Shown: positions 40,664-53,839, numbered from the stretch's first letter. The stretch: DNA of 64,000 nucleotides from Eledone cirrhosa (GCA_964016885.1 OZ024746.1:34224001-34288000), one strand, 5' to 3'. The notes: generated by a model not told the origin, from the letters alone. Numbers and translations are program-made.

Positions 40664-43600
40664 GTTTTGCGAGGTTTTTGATATGAAATCGTGTGTCGAA
40701 ACTAATATTGTTATACTTGCTGAGGGTCATATTTGTGTAATAATATTGCCGGAATTAATAATAGAACACACTCACTGTTTGGTTGGTTTTCGCTTCAGCG
40801 TCTTTTATATCGGTTAATTTAATTTATTCCGTCCTCAATGCTACCAACGGCCAAAAATACAGATATAATATAGACACAAACACATATATATAAATATAGT
40901 CTAACAAAGTCTTTCGTTGCACATCTTCAACATTGTCAGTGGTGCTATTATGTTTCCTCCCGTTGTATTGTATGCCTACGCCATCTTTATTTAGTTTGTT
41001 TATTTATTTATTTATTTATTTATTTTTGTCTTCTCTGCGCATGCGTTTGTGTGTGTGTATAGTTTTTGAGGCGTGTTCGTGTTTGGGTGACTGTGTATTG
41101 GTTATTGTATTCTAACTTAGTTGACTAGTGTGTGTTTATATGTGTTTGTTGTTATGGTGCTTGTGTATGTATTTATTTATTCTGTTTAGCCTTGGCCTTC
41201 TAAGTTCTATTTCGCTGGCCTCTCTGATTTGCCTAACTGCTGGGTCATTTCTATGTGTAGATATTATTCTAATTTCTATGTTGTCTATGTTACCGTCGTG
41301 TGGTTGTCTGGCATGTTCGTATAGTTCTGAACCGTTTTTTCGTCCTTTTAGTCTATCCTTTCACCTATGCTACGAGCTGTCTCGCCTATGTATGTTGTTG
41401 TCATGTTTCTGCAAGTACCCTCTGTACATCTTATGCTATAGACTACGTTTCTAGTTTTACAGTTTATGCGGGGGTTTAGTTTACATATAATACATTTCCT
41501 ATTAGTAATGTGGGTTTTCTTAAAAGGGTAGGTTTTGCTGATCAAGGATTTTATGGTGATTCCTGGCTTTTCTACCACCTTTATCTTTAAGTGGGTCTTT
41601 CTCAGGGCCTTTCTACACTGGTTAACTAATTTCTCTCAAGGGGTAGCGTCCTCAAGCATGACACTCTGGTATCTCTGGTTTTCGTAGTCCTATCTAAGCT
41701 ATTCCATGATTTGCTCCTGTACAATGGGTAAATTCCTTTCATGTCCAGTTCTATGAGGGTCTTATACTTCTCCGTGCCTCCTTCGTATACTCTGATTCTG
41801 TCTCTTTGGTTGTAGCCAGAGAACTACATGCGGTTGATGAAGTGTTGGATGTGTTTTTTACATTTCTGTTGGGTCGCACTTGCGGGACACGGTCTTCATC
41901 ACTCGTACCATGTCTGCGATCAGAATATAAACTTAGCACTACTTGACATTGCTGACTTATTGAGTATTAGGTATTTGGAGGTCATGGGTTTAGCATAGTG
42001 TGAGTGGAGAATTTGGGCTCTCTCGTCTATAGTGTTAATCCAGAGTTCTGTGTCTAATACAGGTAGTCTATTGTTAGGTTGTTTGGAAGGGTAGTCGATA
42101 GTTACAGTCATACTCTGGTGTATGGAATTAGCTATTTGCTGGATGATTTCCATTGTGCTACGTTCTAAATCAAACTTGTTAGTACTCTCTTGTGGGGATG
42201 TCCTTATTACTATATTGATGTCCTCTACGTAACGAGAGTACATGATGAGGGCTGTGGACCTCTCATCAAGGAGATCTTTGGGTCTCCTTTCCCACCATAC
42301 CATAAACAGTTTGGCAACCTCACCAGCTATGCTGACGCCAATGGCTGCTCCCTCATTTTGGGTGTAGATATTCTCGTTGAATTTGAAAATGTGGCCCTTT
42401 AGGGTAGTTTTGATACTAACCCCTATTGCATGTGCGACCATTTTTCTTACCTGATCATTGTTTTAGGGAGTCCGTATAGCTTTGGTCCACCCAATCCACC
42501 TTCCCATGGGACTCTTGTTTGCCATTGAGGTTATGGTGGGGGTTCTACCTCTTATGGGTCTACTGGGGCAGAAATGTCTAAGGTCATGGGTGTCTAGGTA
42601 GTCTGTGCCATAGGTAAGTCTAAGTAGGAGGCCCAGTTCGTCTGTGTCGACGTCGCAGAAACGCACCTCACTCCCAATAGTCCTTTCCACTAATTTTTCC
42701 ACAGCAAAATCAATGTTAATGGATGGGTATAGTGATACCACATCCATACTGCCTATTATGCAGTTGGATAGGTTTTTGTTTTTGTTGCACTCACTGATTT
42801 TGCTGTGGAGGTCCTCTGTACTGTCACATACATCTGAGGACAGCTTGATTATGGGGCGATAACCATTGAGTTCATCAACCGCATGCAGTTCTCTGGCTAC
42901 AACCAAAGAGAGAGAATCAGAGTATACGAAGGAGCCACAGGGAAGTATAAGACCCTCATAGAACTGGACATGAAGGACATTTGCCCATTGTACAGGAGAA
43001 AATCATGGAATAGCTTAGATAGGACTAGACATAAGATAGGGAAAGCCACCTAATGATATGACAACCAGAGATACCAGAGTGTCATATTTGTGGACGGTAC
43101 CCCTGTAGAGAAATTAGCTAACCAGTGTAGAAAGGCCCTGAGAAAGACCTACTTAAAGATTAAGGTGGTAGAAAAGCCAGGAACCACCATAACATCCCTG
43201 ATTAGGAAAACACCCTTTTAAGAAAACCCACTGTACTAATAGGAAATATATTATAAGGAAAGTAAACACCTAGAAAAAACTGTAAAACTAGAAACGTATT
43301 CTACAGCATAAGATGTACATAGGGTACTTGCAGAAACATGACAACAACATAAATAGCCGAAACAGCTCGTAGCATAGGTGAAAGGATAGAACAACACTGG
43401 GGGGAACTAAAGGGAGGAAAAAACGGTTCAGTACTATACGAACATGCCAGACAACAACACGACGGTAACATATACAATATAGAAATTAGAATAATATCTA
43501 CACATAGAAATGTACAAGCAGATAGGCAAATCAGAGAGGCCAGCGAAATAGAACTTAGATGGCCAAGGCTAAACAGAAAAAATGAATAGAATAACAACAA

Positions 43601-44099
43601 CACCCAAACAAACAATACTGACCTAAGAGAAGTGTAAATAAATAAATAAATACATACACAAGCACAATAACAACAAACACATATAAACACACACTAGTAA
43701 ACTAAGATAGAATACAATATCAATACACAGTCACCCAAACTCGAATACACATAAAAAAACTATACACACACGCAAACGCATGCGTAGAGAAGACACAACA
43801 AAATAAACAGACTAAATAAAGATGGCGAAGGCATACAATACAACGGGAGGAAACATAATAGCACCACTGACAATGTTGCAGATGTGCAACGAAAGAACTT
43901 TTTTAGACTATATATATGTGTTTGTCCCTATAATATATCTGTATTTTTGACCATTGGTCAGTCAATGGTAGCATTGACGACGGAATAAATTAAATTAACC
44001 GATATAAAAGATACACAAGCGAAAACCAACCAAACAGTGAGTGTGTTCTTTTATTAATTCTGGCAATATTATTACTCAAATATGAACCTCCCCAATTAT

Positions 44100-44105
<6 letters not shown>
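40664..44105 (-). mobile_element. Penelope-like element with ~1.15-kb inverted duplication of EN + 3' UTR flanking a truncated RT
   Basis: RT: YRPII, GSMDVVSLYPSI, YTQNEGAAIG, YSRYVEDI, LPVLD, HYAKP (41920-42870). EN: CIIC..NVVYSIRC...YIGETARS. 40707-41840 is the reverse complement of 42869-44105. Tail 40664-40706 is on the left only. Decayed HHRs at ~40905-40945 and 43867-43900. Confidence 0.92.
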
Positions 44106-44196
<91 letters not shown>

Positions 44197-44323
44197 TATA
44201 ATATATATATATATATATATATAATATTATATAATATATATATATTATAATATAATATTATATAATATATATATATATTATAATGAAATAGTATGATAGA
44301 ATATTAAATTCTAAGTGTTAATT

Positions 44324-44360
44324 GAACAAGTACTTTCATGCTTTCGCAATCTTCAGGTTC
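44324..44360 (-). ncRNA. Minimal type I hammerhead ribozyme
   Basis: gaac-CTGAAGA-ttgc gaaa gcat-GAAA-gtac-TT-gttc. Confidence 0.88.
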
Positions 44361-44450
44361 ATGATATGTGGTGACAGTCGAGTTTGCAATTTTCAACTTT
44401 TAAAAATTCAAAAGTTGAAAATTGCAAACTCGACTGTCACCACATATCAT

Positions 44451-44487
44451 GAACCTGAAGATTGCGAAAGCATGAAAGTACTTGTTC
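44451..44487 (+). ncRNA. Minimal type I hammerhead ribozyme
   Basis: gaac-CTGAAGA-ttgc gaaa gcat-GAAA-gtac-TT-gttc. Palindromic stem III AGTACT; GAAA tetraloop on stem II. Confidence 0.88.
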
Positions 44488-44658
44488 AATTAACACTTAG
44501 AATTTAATATTATATCATACTATTTCATTATAATACCATTATATATATTTTAAAGGATTGTAAATAAAACGAGTAAATCAGACAAAGTTGGAATTCCTCT
44601 TATTAATATAATCTTCTATACGCAATCATACACACACGTGTATATTTACCTATCTATA

Positions 44659-44724
<66 letters not shown>

Positions 44725-45059
44725 ATATATATATCATGTATATGTATATATATATATATATCAAATTACAAAATATGAGGAAATAATAGACAACAATATA
44801 CATAATTATTCTTCAAAGTCACGACTGCAGTTTCGTCGATATATGTGCACGAATGCTTCACTTTAAAAATGCATCATCGCTGTGAGGTTGATACGGCTTA
44901 TCAAGAGAACCCTCAGGAAAATGGACTGTTCCTTGACGCGTTTATAGCAAGTGAGAATGTCTTATAGACGGAGGGAGAGATTAATACGTGATACAGTGGT
45001 AAACAAAAAGATTATCAAGAGGAGGCAACGACAGCAACAGTGACATTAACAACAACACA

Positions 45060-46215
45060 TATGTGGCTCCTGCCCTGGCGAGAATCGGCTTCCACGTCAG
45101 CTCGTCCAAGTCGGAGGTGGTGAATGTTAGCCACGATGCTGAGAACTTTGCAGCCTCCGTCTCGGACCTGCGGTCCATTCTCCACCAGGTAGCGATGACT
45201 CCCAAAGAGGAAGTCCTCATGCTCAGGTCACCGATACACCCCTCTAGCCATCCGTTCCACCATCAGGTCCAGGCTGCAACAACTCCAGTGACTCACGAGC
45301 CGACTGGGCCTGATCGACTCTGTTGAGTAACTGCTTCGCCATGCCGAAGATCTGCTATACCATTCGCAGCGCTCCGTGCTACACACACGCATCTCTCCTC
45401 GCTGAACTCGATGCATGTACGAGCAGCAGCCGAGGATATATGAAACGTCACGTTTGACGACATTGGATGGCAACTGAATACATTAACTATCAGGTATGGT
45501 GGCCTTGGCCTCCGCTCCCCCATCTAACTGGCTTTGCCGGCGTTTCTTTTGTCGTTAACCTCATGACGCGTGCTTCTCAGCAGGGTTCTCCAAAACACAA
45601 TACAAGCCTCTGTGTTCAGAAAACGTGAGGCCGCCTGTGATACGTGAGACCGGCTGGGCTAGCCCATTAGATTTATCTCCTCCTTCTCCCCCTGCTGACG
45701 TCAAGACCCCTAAAGCAGTTGGCATGCCATCCAGTGCAGCCTGGCCTCGACCAGTTTCGCCTTGCCTGTTTTGGTGCGGCCTCCAAACCCCACAGCGGTA
45801 CCTGGCTCTATGCCTTGCCCTCTCGACTGGCGCGCAGCTAGTTAAAAATAGCCTGCGCATCGGCATTTCCTTGAGGCTCGGCCTCCGGATCTGCGAGCCA
45901 CACCAATATCGCTGTTGATCCACCGTGGATTCTTTCGGCCTCCAACCGCTTTCCTGTGACCATCTTCCCATTCCGCGGTTGCAAACCCCTCGTCTGGGAT
46001 ACCACTTGCACCGACACTTTCTGCAGCTGCAACCTGGTGCAGTCTGCGACTAACCCAGTTTCTGCTGCACGTCGGGCTGAGGAGGCCAAACTCTTCAAAT
46101 ACCGGTCGCTCTCCTAAAGGTTTGCGGTTGTACCCTTGGCAGTTGAGACTTCTGGTGTCTTCGGCCCTATGGCTACCTCCCTACTCACAACCATCAACTG
46201 GCGCCGAACTGGCCA
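45060..46215 (+). mobile_element. Decayed CRE-like non-LTR retrotransposon (RT C-terminus + restriction-like endonuclease), internally deleted
   Basis: GC-rich island reading IGFHVSSSKSEV, IRYGGLGLR, LRIGISLRLGL, KPLVWDTTCTDT, AARRAEEAKLFKY and PLAVETSGVFGP across frames. Confidence 0.75.
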
Positions 46216-46384
46216 GCCAGTCAGATGTTATTAAAAATGGTGAAACATGTATTAGTTTGTCAGAACATTGCATATATATATATATGACAGTCGATTGACT
46301 TTCGTCAAATCCGACCGAGGAAACAATGTTTCCATTGGTCTTTCCAATTGCTATTACTATCTATCGGTCGCAACTCCAGGTAGA

Positions 46385-46504
46385 AGTCGCAACGTGAAAT
46401 AAATTGTCTTGCTCAAGGAAATAACGCATCGCACGGTCCAGGAATCGAACTCACAACCTAACGATTGAGAATTCAATTCTCTTACCACTCAGCCACGCGC
46501 CTTC

Positions 46505-46506
<2 letters not shown>
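46385..46506 (-). mobile_element. tRNA-derived CORE-type SINE family B, 5' part
   Basis: Minus strand gtgaaggcgcgtggctgagtggtaag...gagttcgattcc...ccttgagcaagaca. Second copy at 63345-63460. Confidence 0.8.
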
Positions 46507-46558
<52 letters not shown>

Positions 46559-46583
46559 TAATAATAAATTTAAAGACTAAAAT

Positions 46584-46657
<74 letters not shown>

Positions 46658-46907
46658 GTGTGTGTATGTGTGAGGGGGTGGTGTATGTGATCTATAGTCA
46701 CTGTTCACAGACGCACAAATACCCACATATTTAGAAACCCTTCCTATTTAGCAGGAGATATTTGCTACATACATCCTGTCGTAACACTAGTTATATGATA
46801 CACATGACTTACTATTGAGACATCTTTTTAAACTCATTGTAACTGAAAGGTCCACGTTAGCTGTATCGACTTTGAAAGGCAAATATAAATATATAATATT
46901 GATATAG

Positions 46908-46954
46908 CTTCTACAGGAATAGAACAGTTTCAATTGAAGGAAATCATCAGGAAA
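46908..46954 (-). ncRNA. Decayed hammerhead ribozyme, family of 63629-63674
   Basis: tttc-CTGATGA-...-GAAAc tgttctattcct-GTA-gaag. Stems II and III are partly unpaired. Confidence 0.55.
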
Positions 46955-46956
46955 TC

Positions 46957-47046
<90 letters not shown>

Positions 47047-47051
<5 letters not shown>

Positions 47052-47942
47052 CCACGAAATACTGATTAGTTAGCACCCAAACACTAAATTGGGATAATAC
47101 TTAAGTACATCCTAATGTTTGTTGAGTGAGATGGAGTTGGTCGGAGTATCGCTTAAGGCTTTCTCTGTTTATGTATTGAATATATACTCTTGGGAGCCTG
47201 ATTTGGATTCCAGATATAAGGTATGACTCTCTTTATTATTATTATTTTTTATATGAAATACTGATTGATCTTCCTTGTATCCCATGTCTGATTTAGCCTT
47301 AGAGAATAGCTATGTGTATGGGTGATCCGTACATATATGTTTTATGTTTTAATATCTCTGTGTGTGCATTGCTTGTGTATACATGTGGTTATTCTTTTAA
47401 ATTTCCAATTGAGTTCTTATAGACATGGTTAATACCTAGCAGGTTTAATTGACTACGGTGGACATTGTTTTATTTTAAGATTATCTCCCTTTACTCCTTT
47501 TGGGGACAGCGTGTATTTTCTCTTTGGGAGAACTGCTGTATTCTAATCTACCAGTCTCTTCTTAGCGCTGAGGGAGACCAACACCATTCTGTTAATGTCG
47601 ATATAATTCTTATATCGTTATTAATTGGGCATCCACTGATGAGCTTATAAGAGCCCGCTTGTGTATAAAACTATAGATTATATAGAAGTTTCTACATAAC
47701 TTGGAAATTATTTATCCCAAATTGTAGAAATCTTATAACGAAACGGCCGTCTGGAAGAAATGAGATATTTATTTAATAATGTCTCATATAAAATAATACA
47801 ACCAATTATCCACGAATACTGATTAGTTAGCACCCCAAACACTAAATTAGGATAATACGTAAGTATATCCTAATGTTTGTTGAGTGAGATGGAGTTGGTC
47901 GGAGTATCGCTTAAGGCTTTCTCTGTTTATGTATTGAATATG
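47047..47942. mobile_element. ~900-bp non-coding element with ~135-bp terminal direct repeats, in (TA)n
   Basis: 47047-47183 is near-identical to 47806-47942. Confidence 0.75.
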
Positions 47943-47962
47943 TATATATATATATATAAATA

Positions 47963-48732
47963 TCTACCATAATGTTCAATTTGTCAAGCTATTTAAACGT
48001 ATGTTATTACTCTAAGGAGCTACCCTTAATGAGTGCTTTGCTAACTCATTCATATTGTAGGTCGACTTTGCTTGCCCACAGCCAAAGCTTCGATTTTACT
48101 AAGCTTCAACTTGTATTATTTTCTCCTAGATTTAATAATTAACTAATTAATTTAATTAGACAATTCTGTTGATTGGTGGTTAATTATTTGTGTTTGTTTA
48201 ATAACATGTGGTTGAGAGCTTTTTTCTGAATGTTAGCGGAAATTATAATATTCCGTTTGTTAACACTTTGAAACTACCCGCCAAAAACCGAGGGTTGCTC
48301 CCCTTGTTGAAAATAACACGTGACAACTAAGTATACGATGGCTGCCTTCTAGCGGCCGCATTTCGCTCGTCCACTCCGATTTATGGCAGAACGGATTCCC
48401 TGTTGATTAAATGAATCCTCTGTTCGATCATGGAATATCACGAGCGTGCCTGTAACGTAAGTTGGATAACTGATTTCGGATTCATAGAAACACTTTAAAC
48501 GTATATCGTTTGATTTGTCCAGGTGTATCTTTTTAACCTGTTAGTTTGTTCGTTACTTTGGTATTGTGTCGTTAGGTTTTGCCTACTACAATGTTTAATT
48601 TGTCAAGCTATTTAAACGTATGTTATTACTCTAAGAACCTACCCTTATTGAGTGCTTTGCTAACTCATTAATATTGGAGGTCGATTTTGCTTGCCCACAG
48701 CCAAAGCCTCGATGTTATTAAGCTTCCACTTA
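47963..48732. mobile_element. ~770-bp non-coding element with ~148-bp terminal direct repeats, in (TA)n
   Basis: 47964-48111 is similar to 48583-48732. Interior is CpG-richer. Confidence 0.75.
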
Positions 48733-48753
48733 TATATATACATATATATATAT

Positions 48754-48879
48754 TTCGTTTCTGAATTTGTTTAGCAAGATTCTTTATCTGAAATCGTGTG
48801 TTGAAACCGATATTGTTATACTTTGGGAGTATAACTGGTGCGTGTGTTTCTTATTGGCAACATGACCCTCCCAAAGTAT

Positions 48880-48885
<6 letters not shown>
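48754..48885. mobile_element. Minimal (132-bp) fold-back derivative: tail + two inverted pLTR tips only
   Basis: Left part matches 28814-28888 and right part matches 29437-29488. Inverted tips attgttatactttgggag / ctcccaaagtataacaat. Confidence 0.85.
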
Positions 48886-48938
<53 letters not shown>

Positions 48939-49038
48939 AGTGGAAGCTTAATAACATATATATATATATATATGTACATATATATACATACATATGTACA
49001 TATATATCTCCAATCAATTTCGATATAATAATATAATA

Positions 49039-49095
<57 letters not shown>

Positions 49096-49934
49096 TATAT
49101 ACATCTTTTTCTCCCTTTACCCTTCTCTCTCAGTGAGCACCCTTTCTTTCCCCTTCTCCCTCCTACTGTTACATTATTCTATCCCCGTTCTCCCTTCTAC
49201 AGGCCAGCTCTATTTATAGAGAGAGAGACGTGTGTTAGTGTATTAACTAACTTCATCGGGAGATAAGAAGATATTGATTTTGTCTGTACAATTATTAACA
49301 GCTTATTGTAGAACTGTTTCCGGATTTTCCAGTAGATATAATCTTAAAATCTGTTCACTACATCTCCCGTCCTTAAAAAACTAAATAGTTCTATAATTTG
49401 CATGGAAGAGTTATTTACCATTACCTAATCTGCGGCTTTTTATTCATCAAAACAAGGATTCCTATATAGTCCCAAGGGTACTGCAGCCTGCTAAACTCTA
49501 TATCTGTATAGGGGTTGGCGTGAACATGAACTATCCCTAAAGATGAATGTTTTCTAGGTAGGAAGGAATGCAATGAATGCTATTATATCGAAATTGATTG
49601 GGGATATGGAGAGAGCAAAGTGGGAAACAACACAGAGTGCCGGAAACAGAGAGAGAGAAAGTAGGAAAGGAAATGCACGAGAAAAAGTTATAAAAATAAA
49701 ATTAGAGTAAACTGCTCGTTATAAACCCTTGAATATATCAATTGAATGCAAAATTGACGCCGAAGGGTTATATTGTATGCACTTTAATCATTCCACTTCA
49801 TTAGTTTATAATGATTGGATTTCAACCATCCCCAAGGATCGAATGTTAAATTCCAAACATATTACATTATATGATAGGATTTGAGTTTCATTTGAATTGA
49901 TAGTATGAATCAAATCATCCTTTATAGGTATATA

Positions 49935-49987
<53 letters not shown>

Positions 49988-50220
49988 TTGTTTTTATCTC
50001 TTTGTAGTACAACCAAAAACGTTAGAACTCCATGTAGCCCTGAAGTAATAATTCCAATGAGATCAAGTGATTTCGTTTTTGTAGATTTCTTTCATATCAG
50101 ATAACGTTGTGCATTCTAAACGAGCTGCATACTCATACACACTCATACACAAATACGCACAAACGCACACACACACAAACAGACAGACATACAGACACAC
50201 ACACATATATACACACACGC

Positions 50221-50262
<42 letters not shown>

Positions 50263-50707
50263 GAGTGTGTGTGTGTTTGTGTATGTGTATGTATGTAAGT
50301 GTGTGTGTATGTGTAAGCATGTAAGCGTGTGTGTCTGTGCCTGAGTGTGTATATATATATTTATATAGCGAAAGGAATGGGGGAGTGGAAGAGAGAGACA
50401 TCATTTATCACTATAAAAATATATTTGAATAGCCAAAATGTTATGCAGTAGTTAAGCCTCGTTGCCTAGGTGGAATGCTTGTTGTCACTTTTTCGAAGAG
50501 CAAAACAGCCGAGGAAATCCATTGATCAAATATTACTGTTGTGAAATAAGTTGCTTTGTACAATTAAGTTGGTATATATATATATATATTTTTTTTTTAG
50601 TAGCGTAATATAATATTTCGGCTTTCACTAACGGCCTGTTTATGTGTGGGTCACTTTAACGGCCTGATCTCAAACTGTGGGGCTTTATGCCCTATGGAAT
50701 GGAAATA

Positions 50708-50784
50708 GCTGTCTGAAGAGCTAATTTCCATTGGAAATTCTCTAAATTTCCAATCTTTTGTGAAGCGAAACTCTCGGTAACAGC
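50708..50784 (+). ncRNA. Intact type I hammerhead ribozyme in a solo element (approx. 50590-50865) between (TA)n tracts
   Basis: gctgt-CTGAAGA-gct...agc-GAAA-c tctcg g-TA-acagc. Loop II contains the hairpin aatttcca/tggaaatt. Confidence 0.8.
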
Positions 50785-50858
50785 ATTTTGAACAGGTGAA
50801 TATTTAAATCGTTTTTAATTTATTTATAAAATTGTTTAATGCCTGCTTGTTCTGCTCA

Positions 50859-50931
<73 letters not shown>

Positions 50932-52504
50932 TAAAGGTCAATTTATTCAACCTGTGCAGAAGAAAATGAATCGGAAAACAGGGTCATGCAATAACATAAT
51001 GATTCGAAGAAGGTCAATTTGACCGGAAATATGCGAACAAACGCAATATTAGTTCAGCAGAGGCTAGAAATTAAACAATGATATACGATATAATTTTTGG
51101 GATAAGATATATAAACGTCAATATTCAATCCTAAGCATGGCAGTTCTTTGAAATGTGTTTAGAATCGTGATGACATCACAGGAAATATTATGATCGCTTG
51201 ATATGCAGCTTATTTTGTTGTTGAGATTATTCAATATCCAACATTTCTCATCATTTCATAAACTGTAGGCTTTCAGATGATTTATATATTGTCAATATAT
51301 TTATAGTATCTTCCAATTGATGAAGGAGTCAATGTAATTGTCTTTGAGTTGCCATATTTTATTTCCAAAATTTGTGGTGTTTCTTCTATTCGGTTACCTG
51401 AAAACCGTGTCATGATTGAAGAAGGCGTTTTTAAAACGTCATGTGTGTAACGTTTGGATCGAAAAGTAAGTTAAGGAAATTAATGTATAATGAGGATAAT
51501 AATCTATGCATGGGATGAAACAGGGCGGGTATAGAGGAAGGTAAACACCTGAGCGGCATGCTAATGGGTTTTGGCTTGTATTCGGTAAAACTTTCACAAG
51601 AATTTCCTGGGGTATGAACATTTTTTTCCCGAATTTATATGGGATGTGAAGAATTCGGTCTCTTGCCGGTTTAGTCAGCTACAAGTGGTAGCCTTGCAAT
51701 TGTGATGAGTTGGAAAGGGAATGTTGTACTGGGATAAAGTAGAGAATGTGGGAAGAACGTCAGCGGGAAGCTGGAGTAAAGAGTGGTAGGTGTCTATATT
51801 GACTGGAAGTTACGATAATGAGATAATGTGGGTTGGTAGGAATGGTCAAGGGATAAAAAGGGATAGGAATAGATAGATGGGAGCATAAAAACGAAAGAGG
51901 TGAAGGGAATCCATCTACACATTCGTCCTTCCTTCTCATCACACATTGCTTCCGCCAGAACAGGAATCTTGTCTGAATTTGTCTTGGAAGCTAGGTCACT
52001 TGCTCAATAAATTTATGTCCCTAAACATAGATGTGGTGCCCATCAGCGACAAAAGGGTTCGATACGGACAATATTACTTGACTCAGAATGTAATTGGATT
52101 GTGATGAATGTGGCAAGCAGAGTAACGAACAATAAAATAACATTGTATGATACTGTACTGTTAGCTGCCCTCCTGTGCCGTATTTAATGTTATCTCAACG
52201 TGATCCCCGTAACGATAATAAGGACATCATTATTACTATCATGTTGGCATTGACTATCATGCCGATAATGGTGTCGTGTTTAAAGAATAGATAACGATTC
52301 TCATTAAGAGTATGGCAACTTGCAGACAATGAAAATATCGAGTATGATGGTAATATATGATGGTAATCCTATTGTTGAATAAAAACGACGAAAAATAATA
52401 TTCTATTGATGACATCGGTAACACGAGTAATATTCTATGGAGGCAGGATTGTTGAAAAATGCCTCTATTAACTATTACATTTTTCTACAAAATATATACA
52501 AATA

Positions 52505-52612
52505 ATAGTTTCTGATTTATTCACAAAAACAGCAATTGTGTGGATTGGATTCGATCTCATCAAACTGCAGTACCTACCTGGGACTTTATTTTATCGACCA
52601 TGTAAAGATGAG
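52505..52612 (-). mobile_element. Diverged SINE family A-related copy
   Basis: actttattttatcgacc..gtaaagatga. Confidence 0.55.
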
Positions 52613-53119
52613 CGCCGTGTATCTTCGAAGCCAAATTAATTAGAACACCGCTATTACCAACTGAGATATTTTTTCGTTTCAAATAAGAGCCATTTACTCA
52701 ATTAACATTAATAAGTCAAAAGTTTAAAATGTTTTAATTGATATTAGCTACATCTTCACTCTTGAGTAGATGTAGACGGGTGTTTGCGGCTGTTTCTAAC
52801 GTCATTATAAGCCTGGCATATTGTTCTAATATATACAGAGAGATGTTCATGTAATCGTTCAATGCTGCACCAGGTTTGACAACATATGTATTTTATGTAT
52901 TTTATATTCAGTATCTCCTCTTGTTCGGAATAATTCTATGCTGACGATGGAGTAATTCTTAAAATACTAAATGCTGCATTGTTTAAAAAAAAATTAATAT
53001 CGTGACTCTGTTCTTGAAATCATAGTAGGGAGGCCATTATGTGAGTTGAGATGTCTTATTTTAGTCAATCTGACATCTATTACACCAAATTGGCAATTTG
53101 GCATATGTATGTATATATA

Positions 53120-53301
53120 GGAACAAGTATGACCCCGACGGCAGAGCTCAATCCGTATCGACAGCTATTTCAGAAATAGCCGTCGAAACTTGAGCTCTGT
53201 CGTCGGGGTCATACTTGTTCATATTACCCACACTACTACCCTAAGTATTGAGTACTTTGGTGCGGTATGGTCTATCTGGTTCCTTACCACAATTCCTTCC
53301 T

Positions 53302-53303
<2 letters not shown>
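53120..53303. repeat. GC-rich hairpin element in (TA)n, copy 2 (opposite orientation)
   Basis: gaacaagtatgaccccgacggcagagctcaa...ttgagctctgtcgtcggggtcatacttgttc. Flank matches 6848-6912. Confidence 0.8.
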
Positions 53304-53390
<87 letters not shown>

Positions 53391-53706
53391 GAATATGTAA
53401 TGTCGTAGTTGCAAAATGTAAAATACAACCGTTCTGATGTGTATGCATGCGTGCGTGTTTCATATGTGTAAGTGTATTTGTATGTTAATGTGTTTATACT
53501 AATGATATGAATGTGTGCATCCAAAAATCAATTCTCAATATTATATATAGGTACATGTAAGGAAAGTCTGAGAGAAAGAGTTCGTTCGTCTAATAAGAGG
53601 ACAGACCCAGGCTACATTCATTCTTTAGAGAAACTATTATAATTTCCTTTCGTACATAAGCACACACACACACACACACACACACATACATTTATTTATA
53701 TACATA

Positions 53707-53760
<54 letters not shown>

Positions 53761-53806
53761 TATGGATGATTGTGCGTATGTATGTTTATATGTCTACGTA
53801 TATATA

Positions 53807-53839
<33 letters not shown>

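Larger units (their letters stand above)
44279..44532. mobile_element. 254-bp near-perfect palindrome carrying an HHR on each strand
   Basis: Symmetric about 44405/44406. By eye there is one mismatch in the arms and one at the apex. Confidence 0.92.
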
